From: Minisyncoccota bacterium
GTDB taxonomy: Bacteria > Patescibacteriota > Minisyncoccia > Phycocordibacterales > UBA918
Reading direction: 5' to 3'
Length of the DNA stretch: 64,000 nucleotides
Assembly: GCA_021734905.1 (NCBI GenBank)
Contig: JAIPIB010000004.1
Coordinates: 6,743 to 70,742, forward strand
Each line of letters opens with the position of its first letter. Positions within the stretch are counted from its first letter, which is position 1. Shown here piece by piece: positions 30,131-40,064 of this stretch. A program made the translations under genes and the position numbers. The notes beneath the pieces were generated by a model, which saw nothing but the letters and a program-made list of their open reading frames with translations, had not been told where the DNA came from and did not search any database.

Positions 30131-31558
30131 ATGAAATATATATCAACCCGTGGAGGAGGAGAACCGAAGTCATTTTGTGACATTCTCCTCGGAGGACTGG
30201 CACCAGATGGAGGTCTTTATCTGCCAGAGACATATCCACGAGTAACAAAAGAAATGCTCACAGAATGGCGCAAACTTTCGTACGCAAAGCTTGCGTTTCG
30301 AATCTTCTCGCTCTTCATCGATGACATTCCGCGAAGAGACCTGTGGGCAATTTGCAGGAAGACGTACACGTCCGATGTCTACCAGTACTGTCGAGAAGGA
30401 TGCAATCCTGCAGACATCACGCCACTCGTTACGCTCGAACCGTGGCTCCATCTTTTGGAACTTTCGAACGGGCCGACACTGGCCTTCAAAGACATTGCCT
30501 TGCAACTTTTGGGCAATCTGTTCGAGTACGAGCTCGGGCGGCGTGGTGAGGTCATGAACATCCTCGGTGCGACATCGGGGGATACGGGTTCGGCGGCAGA
30601 GTATGCAATGCTCGGCAAGAAGGGTGTCAAGGTCTTCATGCTTTCGCCAGAGGGAAAGATGAGTGCCTTTCAACGGGCACAGATGTACTCACTTCAAGAT
30701 CCCAACATCCTCAACCTTGCCGTCCGTGGCATGTTTGATGATGCACAGGATATCGTGAAGGCGGTCTCTGACGATGCCGAGTTCAAGGCAAGGTACAAAA
30801 TCGCTGCGGTGAACTCCATCAATTGGGCTCGCGTCATGGCGCAAATTGTCTACTACTTCAAGGGATATTTTTCCGCGACAAAAAGCAATGACGAGTTTGT
30901 CAATTTTGCGGTTCCGACCGGAAACTTCGGCAATATCTGTGCAGGGCATATCGCACGCATGATGGGACTTCCAATCAAACGTTTGATTCTCGCAACCAAC
31001 GAGAATGACGTTCTCGACGAGTTTTTCCGCACCGGTATGTATCGGCCGAGAAGCTCCGCGAATACGCTCGTCACATCGAGTCCATCGATGGACATCTCGA
31101 AGGCCTCCAACTTCGAGCGGTTCGTCTTTGATTTTGTCGGGAGAGACTCCGACATTGTGTGGAGTCTTTGGCATTCGCTCGGTACTCAAGGATCGTTCGA
31201 TCTCGTGGGAGTCACTCGAAATGATGTTCAGGATTTCGGTTTCGTGTCCGGGGTAAGTACTCACGCCGACCGCCTTGCCACGATTCGCTCGGTGTGGGAA
31301 ACCTACGGCATCATGATTGACACGCACACCGCCGACGCACTCGCCGTTGCACGGCGCCTTCGTCGCCCAGGCGACAACATCGTCGCCCTCGAGACGGCAC
31401 AAGCCATGAAGTTCGAAGAAGCGATTAGTGAGGCTCTCGGTAGTAACCCCGGGCGCAGGCATTCGGATTTCGTCGGTATTGAAAAGCTTCCTCAACGTGT
31501 CGTGGTTATCCCCGCAAGTTCTGCAGAAGTAAAGTCGTACATTGCGAGTAACACCTGA
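30131..31558 (+). CDS. thrC: Threonine synthase (long form), PLP-dependent
   Basis: 475 aa. PLP-lysine motif (SNGPTLAFKDIALQLLG) and the ThrC N-terminal motif (LPETYP). The gene's GC content is clearly higher than its neighbours; overlapping spurious ORFs are dense here. Confidence 0.85.
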   Translation: MKYISTRGGGEPKSFCDILLGGLAPDGGLYLPETYPRVTKEMLTEWRKLSYAKLAFRIFSLFIDDIPRRDLWAICRKTYTSDVYQYCREGCNPADITPLVTLEPWLHLLELSNGPTLAFKDIALQLLGNLFEYELGRRGEVMNILGATSGDTGSAAEYAMLGKKGVKVFMLSPEGKMSAFQRAQMYSLQDPNILNLAVRGMFDDAQDIVKAVSDDAEFKARYKIAAVNSINWARVMAQIVYYFKGYFSATKSNDEFVNFAVPTGNFGNICAGHIARMMGLPIKRLILATNENDVLDEFFRTGMYRPRSSANTLVTSSPSMDISKASNFERFVFDFVGRDSDIVWSLWHSLGTQGSFDLVGVTRNDVQDFGFVSGVSTHADRLATIRSVWETYGIMIDTHTADALAVARRLRRPGDNIVALETAQAMKFEEAISEALGSNPGRRHSDFVGIEKLPQRVVVIPASSAEVKSYIASNT

Positions 31559-31584
31559 TTTGTTTTGGGTACAGTTCCCAGTTC

Positions 31585-31626
31585 AAAAAGCCTGCAACGC
31601 ATTGCGTTGCAGGCTTTCTTTTTTAA
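31585..31626. terminator. Bidirectional intrinsic terminator between thrC and the cupredoxin gene
   Basis: Stem AAGCCTGCAACGC / GCGTTGCAGGCTT followed by a T-run. Confidence 0.65.
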
Positions 31627-31639
31627 TACGAAATTTAGA

Positions 31640-32152
31640 CTACTTAACGACCAAAGTCCCCACCATACCGCTTGCTCTATGTGAACCCACGGAGCAATAG
31701 TATTCAAATGTTCCAACTTCGTCTGCAACAAAGGTAACTTTAGAACTATTCCCTGTTTGCACTTTCTCTGTGCGCGCACTGAACTCATCAAGTACCCAAT
31801 CATGGAAGCCCTCAGTACTTATGAAGTTAATAGTAACGACGTCTCCCTTTGTTACATGAATTTCCTTGAGGTTAAAACTGAAATTTTCACCAGCTACTTC
31901 AAATACTTTTGTCTGCGGGGCCTCAGTTGTTGGGAGTTCAGTATCAACCACTACATCAGCAATCGGCAGTTCCATACCAACATCGCTTCCCGGCACCTCA
32001 TCGGTAAGTGCGTCGATTGTTTCGCTTTCTGGTACAAGGTAAGAATTTTCTGTCGATGGTTCTTGTAAGGAAGATTGTGAACTATCAGAAGTCATCCAGA
32101 GTAAACCGGAGGTTAGCACAAGCGCTATTAGAGCAATATATAGTAGTTTCAT
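31640..32152 (-). CDS. Cupredoxin (plastocyanin/azurin-like blue copper protein) with signal peptide
   Basis: Type-1 copper ligand pattern: an upstream His (EGFHDW) plus C-x2-G-x-H-x4-M (YYCSVGSHRASGM). The N-terminal signal/anchor is MKLLYIALIALVLTSGLLW. Confidence 0.7.
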   Translation of the reverse strand: MKLLYIALIALVLTSGLLWMTSDSSQSSLQEPSTENSYLVPESETIDALTDEVPGSDVGMELPIADVVVDTELPTTEAPQTKVFEVAGENFSFNLKEIHVTKGDVVTINFISTEGFHDWVLDEFSARTEKVQTGNSSKVTFVADEVGTFEYYCSVGSHRASGMVGTLVVK

Positions 32153-32219
32153 AGAAAAAATTATTGATTCAGGAAAGTATTATTTTATCATGTACATAAA
32201 CATGAAGATAATCAAAATA

Positions 32220-32507
32220 TTACTCAACGAGCAAAGTCTCTGGTTGAGGAGGAAGACTGTTTTTTCGAGAAAAGAGTCGTTTAAATTTGTTTGTAAAAAC
32301 GATACGTAAACCGAGGATTTCTAATCCAACAAAGAAAAGAGTTCCTCCAGGAGTGAGTGGTGTTACGAGCATAAGAAAGCCGAACACAACAAGAAACCAA
32401 CCAGCGATTTTTCGAAGTCGTGGCCTTGTGAGGGTATAATTATTAAATCGTTCGCGCATATACTCATGGTGACGCACAACCATGATCGTTCTTACAAGAG
32501 TGAACAA
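32220..32507 (-). CDS. Small two-TM membrane protein
   Basis: 95 aa; hydrophobic segments WFLVVFGFLMLVTPL and LFFVGLEILGLRIVF. Confidence 0.35.
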   Translation of the reverse strand: MFTLVRTIMVVRHHEYMRERFNNYTLTRPRLRKIAGWFLVVFGFLMLVTPLTPGGTLFFVGLEILGLRIVFTNKFKRLFSRKNSLPPQPETLLVE

Positions 32508-32619
32508 GTAAACATTAATAAATCATTTTGTGTTAAATGCCGAGGAATAGAAATACAAAAAAACGAGGACGAGCCTCGTTTTTTTACAATAGATCTAAAG
32601 ATCCAAAAGTGACGATATG

Positions 32620-33414
32620 TCAGATCTTTAACTCAATCGTTGCATCTTCCCGTAGGCTACTGATTAAGTCAGCGACAACTTGTTGCTGTTTCTGACTAAG
32701 AATTTGAGCTTCGATTTGTGGTTTGATTTCATCGAGTGGAGGAAGTTCATTTTCGCCAGCATCAATTCCATCCAAAAATGCCGCTACCTCATCATCCGTT
32801 ACGGTAAGAGCATTGATTGAGGTTTTTGATTCAATATACTTATCTGCAAGTACGCGTTCCTCGATATTGCTTCGAAGTTTTTCTTCCGTAAGTCCTATTT
32901 CAATCATCTTTGATTTGAGAGCATCTTCTCCTCCAAGTTCTGTTGCGAGCTCATCATATTTTTCTTGAACCTCTGCATCGGTAACTTCTATTTTGGCAGC
33001 ATTTGCTGCAGAGATGAGAAGTGCATTATTGACGAGGATCTCAAGTGCTTGATTCTTTACTTCTTTCTGAATTGTTTCTTGGGTAAGGTCTATCCCTTGA
33101 GCAACAGCATTTTTTTCAATAAGGGAAACACTGTCTTCATATTCAGTCTGACTGATTTTATGACCATTTACTATGGCGACGGTCTGGCTATTTACGCGCT
33201 GGGCATATGTGTAGTAGCCAGCACCAACAAGAATGAGTATTGCTACTACTGTAGCACTGACAATGCGTTTATCTTTGTAAAATGGCAGTATCGATGATGA
33301 GCCAGCCCCAGCACTTTGAGTTGTTTCCGTCGGAACCTCTTCAGAAACGGCACATACAGGACTCACAACTTCTGGGGCAATATTTTGTTCGTCTTTTTCT
33401 TGTTTAGTATCCAT
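32620..33414 (-). CDS. SurA N-terminal domain-like periplasmic chaperone-type protein, membrane anchored
   Basis: 264 aa. TM anchor (VVAILILVGAGYYTYA) followed by a region resembling the SurA/PpiD N-terminal domain (VATVNGHKISQTEYEDS...). No PPIase domain is present. Confidence 0.5.
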   Translation of the reverse strand: MDTKQEKDEQNIAPEVVSPVCAVSEEVPTETTQSAGAGSSSILPFYKDKRIVSATVVAILILVGAGYYTYAQRVNSQTVAIVNGHKISQTEYEDSVSLIEKNAVAQGIDLTQETIQKEVKNQALEILVNNALLISAANAAKIEVTDAEVQEKYDELATELGGEDALKSKMIEIGLTEEKLRSNIEERVLADKYIESKTSINALTVTDDEVAAFLDGIDAGENELPPLDEIKPQIEAQILSQKQQQVVADLISSLREDATIELKI

Positions 33415-33481
33415 AGGGTGTTAGGTGATTACAATAAAATATTAGTACAGACTACCATGGGTGGTATTGATTGCACAGAAA

Positions 33482-33817
33482 TCAGTGTGAGCTTTGATCC
33501 TCATGAGTTTTTGAGTCCTCGTCTGAAATTCCCCATTGCCACTTAGGAGACTCTCCTTTTTTGTAGCATATAACAATAAGAATAACGATGAGAATAACGG
33601 CGTGAGGGGCAAAAGCTATAAGCGTGTCGCTTTCTGAGTGTGAGTTTCTATCAATTCTTATAAAATCCCCTAATACGACAGCAATCCAAAGAAGTGTGAC
33701 TCCCCATCCCTCCCTTGTTGCTGGAGTCCACCCCCAGCCGTAGAGCTTTCGTTTGAACCAATATCCTTCAGGATTGTCCTGCATATAGGCGAGATGCTTT
33801 TTGAGAAAGTCTTTCAT
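33482..33817 (-). CDS. Small membrane protein
   Basis: 111 aa; two TM helices. Confidence 0.35.
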   Translation of the reverse strand: MKDFLKKHLAYMQDNPEGYWFKRKLYGWGWTPATREGWGVTLLWIAVVLGDFIRIDRNSHSESDTLIAFAPHAVILIVILIVICYKKGESPKWQWGISDEDSKTHEDQSSH

Positions 33818-34107
33818 GAAAAATAAATTAGTTTTATAAAGAATTGAGTGTGTCTCAGTACATACCTTATATAGTATGAAGGATAGTCAGTGAAGCGCAA
33901 TGGGTGGATGTATTTACGCAAGTTTAGCGTTCACATGTCTGTTGATGTCGATATGTTTAATCTGATCAGAAAAGGTAAAAAAGAGCTTCATATCCTTTAA
34001 TTTCCAGTACGCACTTTAAGTGTGTGTAAAGTCGTCGGCTATTTCTATTTTAAATAAGAAATATCGACGGAAGAAGAATTATAGTCGCGATGCTCGTTAA
34101 TTCTTCT

Positions 34108-35562
34108 TCATTTCTTTCCTAAATCGAGAACTTCATCGATTCGTATCTTTTCAACAAAATCAGGAACGTGAGAGACGAGAATCATCGCGCCTTCGTATTT
34201 ATTGAGCGCTTCAGCAATCACTGGTAGGTGACGGAAGTTTATATGGTTGGTAGGTTCATCGAGGATGAGAAGCCCGGGTTTCATGAGAACAAGTTGTGCA
34301 AATGCAACAAGACCTTTCTGCCCTTCCGAGAGACTCCCGATTTTTGTACGCATAACATCTTGACCGAGGAGAAAGCCAGCAGCGCATGACCTCATGTCCT
34401 CCTCAATCTTACGCTCCATAACCGACATAAGCGCGTCAAAAACTGTATCATCAAAATTGAGCGTAGAAAAATCTTGTCGATAGTATCCAATCTTTACCTG
34501 GGGTGAAACGGTCTCCCCTTTTGCGTGTCCAGAAGCAAGAGTCTCGAGAAGCGTACTTTTGCCAATACCGTTTGGTCCGACTAACTGCAGGTGCCATCCC
34601 TTCTTAAGGGTAATGTCGCACTTTTTTTCTGTCGGCTTGTGATTTCTAATTACTTTGAATGACGTAATTGTTAAAACTTTTGGAGGTATATCTTTCGGGA
34701 TACTTATAACAAACGGACGGATAGTTTTATCTTCACGTCGCACATCAACTTTGTTTTCCTCATAATCTTCCGCTTTCTCACGCATTCGCTTTGCAACAAG
34801 ACGCATCTGGCCCCCTTTCATTGCAAAAAAGTTTGCTTTGTCTTTGTTTGCCTGAATCTCTTTTGCATATTGAGCATTCTTTCTATTTTCTTTTTCAATA
34901 CGAAGAGCAATCTCTCGAACTACATCGTGGTAGTTTCCATCGTATTGCTCGACTGTGTGCGTATGGACGTCGAGGTAAAGAACGCCATGGGTGAATGCAT
35001 TGAGAAAATCAGCATCATGAGAAATAACCACAACAGTTTTCTTGTAGGTTCTTAAAAATTCAGTAAGGTGTTCGATTCCATCGACGTCGAGATTATTGGT
35101 TGGTTCATCAAGGAGGAGAAGGTCTGGATTTTGGATAAGTGCTGACGCAAGAAGAAGTCGTGCCTGCTGTCCCCCTGAAAAAGAGCTAATGAGGCGATCG
35201 TGTGGAGTAGCAAAATTTACCACCTCAAGCACCGCATCAATTTTAGGGTCAATGTCGTACATCTTTTCTGTGAAACACTTTTCAAAAAATTCTTTAATGG
35301 TAAGTGAAAGTTCTTCACGAGGTATTACCTGCCGCGAAACAGCGATGGTTGTTCGCGGCATGACGTTGAGATCACCGCTACTCGTGCGTAGGGTGCCGGT
35401 GATTAAATCAAAGATGGTACTCTTTCCTGCACCGTTCTGGCCCATGAGGGTAAATTTCGCTCCGCGTCGAATAACAAAATTTGCACCAATGAGAATTGGT
35501 TTGTTGTGTGTGTACTCAAACGAGACATCACTAAAGGTAATGAGACCGGCTTCGCGTGACAT
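34108..35562 (-). CDS. ABC-F family ATPase (tandem ABC domains, no TM domain)
   Basis: Two Walker A sites (GQNGAGKST, GPNGIGKST) and two ABC signatures (LSGGQQARLLL, LSEGQKGLVAF) with an inter-domain linker. Confidence 0.85.
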   Translation of the reverse strand: MSREAGLITFSDVSFEYTHNKPILIGANFVIRRGAKFTLMGQNGAGKSTIFDLITGTLRTSSGDLNVMPRTTIAVSRQVIPREELSLTIKEFFEKCFTEKMYDIDPKIDAVLEVVNFATPHDRLISSFSGGQQARLLLASALIQNPDLLLLDEPTNNLDVDGIEHLTEFLRTYKKTVVVISHDADFLNAFTHGVLYLDVHTHTVEQYDGNYHDVVREIALRIEKENRKNAQYAKEIQANKDKANFFAMKGGQMRLVAKRMREKAEDYEENKVDVRREDKTIRPFVISIPKDIPPKVLTITSFKVIRNHKPTEKKCDITLKKGWHLQLVGPNGIGKSTLLETLASGHAKGETVSPQVKIGYYRQDFSTLNFDDTVFDALMSVMERKIEEDMRSCAAGFLLGQDVMRTKIGSLSEGQKGLVAFAQLVLMKPGLLILDEPTNHINFRHLPVIAEALNKYEGAMILVSHVPDFVEKIRIDEVLDLGKK

Positions 35563-35882
35563 AAGTGTGTAGACTAACGTATTTTTAGAGATATTGGAAG
35601 CATAATAAAATAAAACAACTCGTCACATGTATGACGAGTTGTTTTATTCAGGCTCTATTTCTTGTCGCTCTTTTTTGGTTTCTTCTTTTCTTTTCGATGA
35701 CCATCTCCTTTTGCCATGGTGATTTCTTATTTCAATAATACCTATACTGTATCATGCGGTGATCGGGTAAAGGTTATTCATGTGTGCAGAATGGCGGGCT
35801 TTGAATAGAGATCAGTATAAAAAATGCGACAGACAAAAGAAAAGGCGCTGGCGGCGCCTTTTTGGGTTGAAGAACATTTGAA

Positions 35883-36248
35883 TCATTTACGTTTGTGCAT
35901 TCTTGGTCCATGTATACGTAGACGTGCAACATTCGTCTGACCAAAGGTTGTCGTTTCAAGCCTTGGGTCATTGGTTAGTACACAATACATGTCAGCCCTC
36001 AAATGCTTCGCGATAGGTTCACTGTCAGAATCGAACTCATCACCATCGTCATCGGGTGTTCCTGAACGAAGAGCCGATATGTCATCATCATGCAAGTAGC
36101 CTTCATGAGGATCTACCCAATCCCTGAGAGGATCTTTTCTTACCTCTCCGAGTCCATCATCACTCCCTGGGTAGCAATTCGTCAAATCTGCATCACTTAG
36201 TGCAACAAGTGATGGGTACATCATTTTTGAAAAACAGTCGACAGGCAT
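35883..36248 (-). CDS. Acidic hypothetical protein
   Basis: 121 aa ORF with no recognisable motifs. Confidence 0.3.
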   Translation of the reverse strand: MPVDCFSKMMYPSLVALSDADLTNCYPGSDDGLGEVRKDPLRDWVDPHEGYLHDDDISALRSGTPDDDGDEFDSDSEPIAKHLRADMYCVLTNDPRLETTTFGQTNVARLRIHGPRMHKRK

Positions 36249-36427
36249 GACAGTCCTCCTTGGTGAATTATTATTGAGGTGATTTCGTGTTTACAACAAA
36301 AAAACGGTGCTTCTAAGTGCCATAATGCTACTAGATGAAAATTTGTCAATAATATACGAAGGATAGGGATCTTAATTGAAGTTATGAAGAATTCGAAGTT
36401 TATCTTGTTACTTGATACACTAAAGGT

Positions 36428-37219
36428 ATGAAAATCTTCTCATGGAACGTCAACGGCATCCGTGCAGTGTTAAAAAAAGGTGAATTACAGCGGTTTATTG
36501 CAAAACATAACCCGGATATTCTTTGTTTGCAGGAAACGAAAGCATCTGAGGATCAAGTTGATATAGATTTTCCTGAGTATGATGGGTATTGGAGCTCGGC
36601 GGTAAAAAAAGGATACGCAGGAACCGCAATTTTCACAAAAATAGCGCCAATACAGGTGATTTTAGGAATTCCGGAGGATATTGCCTCAAAATATTCACTT
36701 GAGGATAAGTACGGAGACACTATGAAGGAGGGGCGAGTAACAACGCTTGAATTTGATGATTATTATGTAAGTACCGTATACACTCCGAATGCAAAAGAAG
36801 ATCTTTCGCGCATTCCAATGAGGCAAGCATGGGATCCTGCATATTTAGAATATATGAGCACTCTCGAAAAAAAGAAACCGGTAATATTTTGTGGTGATCT
36901 AAATGTCGCACATACTGAAGACGATCTTGCTCGACCAAAAGAAAATGAGGGGAATAAAGGTTTTACAAAAGAGGAACGAGCTGGTATAGACAATATTGTT
37001 GAATCAGGATTTGTTGATACGTTTAGGCTTTATAATTCAGGAAATGGATTTTATACGTGGTGGTCACACTGGGGTGGAGCACGTGATAGAAATGTCGGGT
37101 GGAGGATTGATTATGTGATGGCTTCAAAAAGTTTAGTTCCAATAATAAAGAAAGCAAATATTCATAGTGATGTGATGGGAAGCGACCACTGCCCTGTTTC
37201 AATCGAAATACAGGATTGA
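36428..37219 (+). CDS. xth: Exodeoxyribonuclease III (AP endonuclease)
   Basis: 263 aa with ExoIII-family signatures (SWNVNGIRA, DILCLQETK) and a C-terminal motif (SDHCPVSIE). Confidence 0.9.
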   Translation: MKIFSWNVNGIRAVLKKGELQRFIAKHNPDILCLQETKASEDQVDIDFPEYDGYWSSAVKKGYAGTAIFTKIAPIQVILGIPEDIASKYSLEDKYGDTMKEGRVTTLEFDDYYVSTVYTPNAKEDLSRIPMRQAWDPAYLEYMSTLEKKKPVIFCGDLNVAHTEDDLARPKENEGNKGFTKEERAGIDNIVESGFVDTFRLYNSGNGFYTWWSHWGGARDRNVGWRIDYVMASKSLVPIIKKANIHSDVMGSDHCPVSIEIQD

Positions 37220-37244
37220 GTAAATATCGCAGTATTTAAGCCGT

Positions 37245-37282
37245 AAAATGAGCGTGTCCTTTATAAAGGACACGCTCATTTT
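37245..37282. terminator. Perfect 38-bp palindrome / bidirectional terminator after xth, carrying the TGTCCTTTA...TAAAGGACA motif
   Basis: AAAATGAGCGTGTCCTTTATAAAGGACACGCTCATTTT is perfectly self-complementary. A second inverted repeat with the same arms (ATGTCCTTTA-n10-TAAAGGACAT) lies 30 bp downstream. Confidence 0.6.
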
Positions 37283-37963
37283 AGTTATCCCCAGTTATAC
37301 ACAGGTATGTCCTTTACAGTAATTTATAAAGGACATACTATAGTGATAGGCCCAGAAAGGGCGAGCAGGTAACACAGGGTTACCCCTTAAAGAGATCGTT
37401 ATAAAATTGAGTTAATACCTCCAAAAAAACTCTTAGTACATCACACCGGTGAGGGACGTCGAACAAACTTAGTTCGCGCGCAAATCACCAAAACTATATG
37501 AGTCACATTTATGGAATTGAACCTCACTTGGTTCATCCACTTGAAACCTTATGTTTCAGCAATGACTCAGACCAAACCAAATAGACCGACCAGACCCAAT
37601 AAAGCCCGTAGGACTGGACGCTGAAATACCACATTTCGGCTTCCGATCCCACGGGCTTTTTTTAAATGAAGCATAGAGCGTAGCGACAATGCTGAATTTA
37701 TGTCCCGATTTGTCCTTCCTTGGGCAAATCGCTGGACGAAGTGAGCAAACGAGCACAGCGACTATTGCGAACTTATACAGAAACTCGTAGATATTTTTGA
37801 GAACATAGTGAAAAAATATCACGAGTTGTTGGATTTTGAGACAAGGAACGTAGTGACTGTGCTGTATTTGATCGTATTTTTAATGATTGAAAGGAATGCA
37901 AAAATTAAAGTGAATTACGTAGCAAGAGGAGATATTGTGATGAAGGAAACGTTCCTGTGATGT

Positions 37964-38257
37964 ATGATTAAAATAGATAGAAAGGAGTTCATCATGTCCA
38001 AAAAAATTAAGGATTTGGAACCAAAAGTTGAGCCAACCGAAGAAGAAGTTGCGGCTTATGAAAAATTACTTCGTTTACAAGTAGATTCCTGGGGATATTT
38101 GGTAGTACAACAAGAAAAGCCAGACGTATCTAACAAAAAGCAGCCATGGATTCGACGCAAACCACCAGGAATTCAGGTTACAGGGAAGGTAACGAAAAGG
38201 AGAATGGTTCAAAAAGTATTCCAGTTCCTACTTTTGCTTAAAAAAAGAAAAAGGTAA
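37964..38257 (+). CDS. Hypothetical small basic protein
   Basis: 97 aa ORF with a Lys-rich C-terminus; coding status uncertain. Confidence 0.25.
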   Translation: MIKIDRKEFIMSKKIKDLEPKVEPTEEEVAAYEKLLRLQVDSWGYLVVQQEKPDVSNKKQPWIRRKPPGIQVTGKVTKRRMVQKVFQFLLLLKKRKR

Positions 38258-38317
38258 AAAGCCCAAATAGTGATTACTATATTGGGCTTTTTTAATAAAT
38301 TTTGATCTACTGAAAAC

Positions 38318-39790
38318 TCAGGTCACCTTGTGCTTCTTGTGTAGTTCCGCCACTGCTTCAGCTTCCTCTTTTTCTTTCTTGTCTTTTCCCTTCTTACCTA
38401 ACACATCAAGTTCTATTTCGGTCATCGCCATGAGTTCAAGCGCCCTTTTCTCTAAGTATTCAGTGGTATTTTTAAGAGGGTCGTCGAGAACTTCCTCAAG
38501 GAGTGCGTTTAGCGTGTCACCAAGTTTTTTACTTGGTTTTTCGTTAGTTATTTCCATAATACGAGAACCATCAATTTTGAGCATCTTTACTGAAATAGGG
38601 TCGCGGAGGGCTTCTTCAACCATCGCTGTATATTTCCTAAGTCGAAATGGCTGCTCTTTTGGTCTCCCTGTTCCTATTCGGTCACATCGGCGAAGCTTTA
38701 GAAGATCCCAGATATTCTCTTGCCCAACATTTGCTATGGTTCTTCGTACAGCAGAAAGTGTTATTTCAGCAGGGTCAGAGAAGAACATGTGCCATCGTAT
38801 AAGTGTGGTGATGCGGTCAATTCTTTCCCGAGGAAATTTAAGTTCTTGCAATGCTTTTTTCGCAACGCGAGCACCAACAACCTCATGTCCATGGAATGTC
38901 CAGTCATTCTTTTCTTTCGACCATCTGCGTGTTTCTGGCTTTGAAATGTCGTGATAAAGCCCTGCAAGGCGAATGTCGAATTCCCAATCTTTGTCAGCAG
39001 CATGCTGCATGGTGCGGAGGAGGTGTTCGTAGACATCAAATGCATGTGCTTGGTTCTGTGCTACTCCAATTCCGCGAAGAAGATCGGGAGCAACATGCGT
39101 GAGAAGCTTGAGTTTTTCAAGAAGGATAATTCCCTGCATTGGCTGTTTCGAATTAAGGATGCGAGTGAATTCATCGCGGATACGCTCCTTTGAAATTCGT
39201 CCGAGGTTATCACTACTTTCTGCGATTGCGGACATCGTATCGCTTTCAATAACGAACCCGAGTTCAACCGCAAGGCGTACCGCTCGCATCATGCGGAGAG
39301 CGTCTTCCTGGAAGCGTTCAGAAGCAGTTCCAACAGCACGAAGACGCTTATGGAGGATATCCTTTTCCCCGTTGAATAGATCAACGATTTTTTCATCTTT
39401 AAGCCGATATGCGATCGCATTTACAGTAAAGTCACGGCGTTTCAGGTCTTCCTCAAGCGATACACCAAAATTAACCGAGTCCGGTCGCCGTGAATCAGAA
39501 TATTCGGATTCAGTACGATACGGTGTTACTTCAACAACCTTAAGTGTTGGATCTTCTGTCTCTGGGTTTACAATACCAACCGTACCATAATCGTTATTAA
39601 GGAATGTCTCAGGAAAAAGACTTTCAATTTCTGTTGGGTGAGCAGTAGTGGTAATGTCCCAGTCCTTGGGGGTTTTACCGATGAGGAGATCACGAACACA
39701 TCCACCAACAAGGTACGCTTCAAAACCTCGGTGTTCGAGGGTGTCAGCAATGTGTTGAACTTCCTTTGGTATCTCGCTTCGCGTGATCAT
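38318..39790 (-). CDS. cca: CCA-adding tRNA nucleotidyltransferase / poly(A) polymerase family with HD domain
   Basis: N-terminal pol-beta nucleotidyltransferase motif (GGCVRDLLIGKTPKDWD), an HD domain (LYHDISK) and a ~90 aa charged C-terminal extension. Confidence 0.85.
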   Translation of the reverse strand: MITRSEIPKEVQHIADTLEHRGFEAYLVGGCVRDLLIGKTPKDWDITTTAHPTEIESLFPETFLNNDYGTVGIVNPETEDPTLKVVEVTPYRTESEYSDSRRPDSVNFGVSLEEDLKRRDFTVNAIAYRLKDEKIVDLFNGEKDILHKRLRAVGTASERFQEDALRMMRAVRLAVELGFVIESDTMSAIAESSDNLGRISKERIRDEFTRILNSKQPMQGIILLEKLKLLTHVAPDLLRGIGVAQNQAHAFDVYEHLLRTMQHAADKDWEFDIRLAGLYHDISKPETRRWSKEKNDWTFHGHEVVGARVAKKALQELKFPRERIDRITTLIRWHMFFSDPAEITLSAVRRTIANVGQENIWDLLKLRRCDRIGTGRPKEQPFRLRKYTAMVEEALRDPISVKMLKIDGSRIMEITNEKPSKKLGDTLNALLEEVLDDPLKNTTEYLEKRALELMAMTEIELDVLGKKGKDKKEKEEAEAVAELHKKHKVT

Positions 39791-39860
39791 AATTATATGA
39801 TTGTAGCAGAAAACCGTTGCAATTTCGCCTTACTAACCGTATGATAGCCAAGTCGCTATC

Positions 39861-39932
39861 GCACCCATAGTGAAATGGATATCATAACTGACTTCGGATC
39901 AGTCGTTGGGGGTTCGAGTCCCTCTGGGTGCA
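39861..39932 (+). tRNA. tRNA-Arg (anticodon TCG)
   Basis: Manual cloverleaf: acceptor GCACCCA/TGGGTGC, D-arm GTGA-AATGGATA-TCAT, anticodon stem ACTGA/TCAGT with loop CTTCGGA, T-arm GGGGG-TTCGAGT-CCCTC, discriminator A. No CCA is encoded. Confidence 0.85.
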
Positions 39933-40064
39933 CAAAATGCCAAGCGCAACACGAAAGTGTTGCGCTTGTTGCGTTTTGGCACTCAGAGGGACTCGAGAAG
40001 GTTGCCAGCTATTTTGTAAAAATAGCGACAACCTGTACTGAAACTGTAAGTTTCGAGTCCCTCC
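39929..40064 (+). repeat. tRNA-linked structured repeat unit, copy 1 (136 bp)
   Basis: Begins in the last 4 nt of tRNA-Arg. It contains a terminator hairpin with a GAAA loop, an antisense copy of the tRNA 3' half (GGCACTCAGAGGGACTCGAG), a nested core (AGGTTG...CAACCT with GCTATTTT/AAAATAGC inside) and a sense copy of the T-arm (TTTCGAGTCCCTCC). It is 135/136 identical to copy 2. Confidence 0.85.

Noticed and set aside
30170-31495. Several long minus-strand ORFs (167 aa, 268 aa, 100 aa) within thrC
   Set aside because: They overlap the well-supported thrC gene. They arise from its elevated GC content and have no recognisable motifs.
35655-35717. 20 aa lysine-rich mini-ORF (MAKGDGHRKEKKKPKKSDKK) on the minus strand
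   Set aside because: Too short, with no convincing RBS and no conservation evidence. It might be a leader peptide, but that is unsupported.
37290-37680. tmRNA, RNase P RNA or SRP RNA in the ORF-free stretch
   Set aside because: No tag-peptide reading frame ending in ...ALAA-stop was found, nor a GGAAAGUCCGG P4 motif, nor an SRP domain IV GGAA/AGCAG consensus. It is left as an unassigned ncRNA candidate only.
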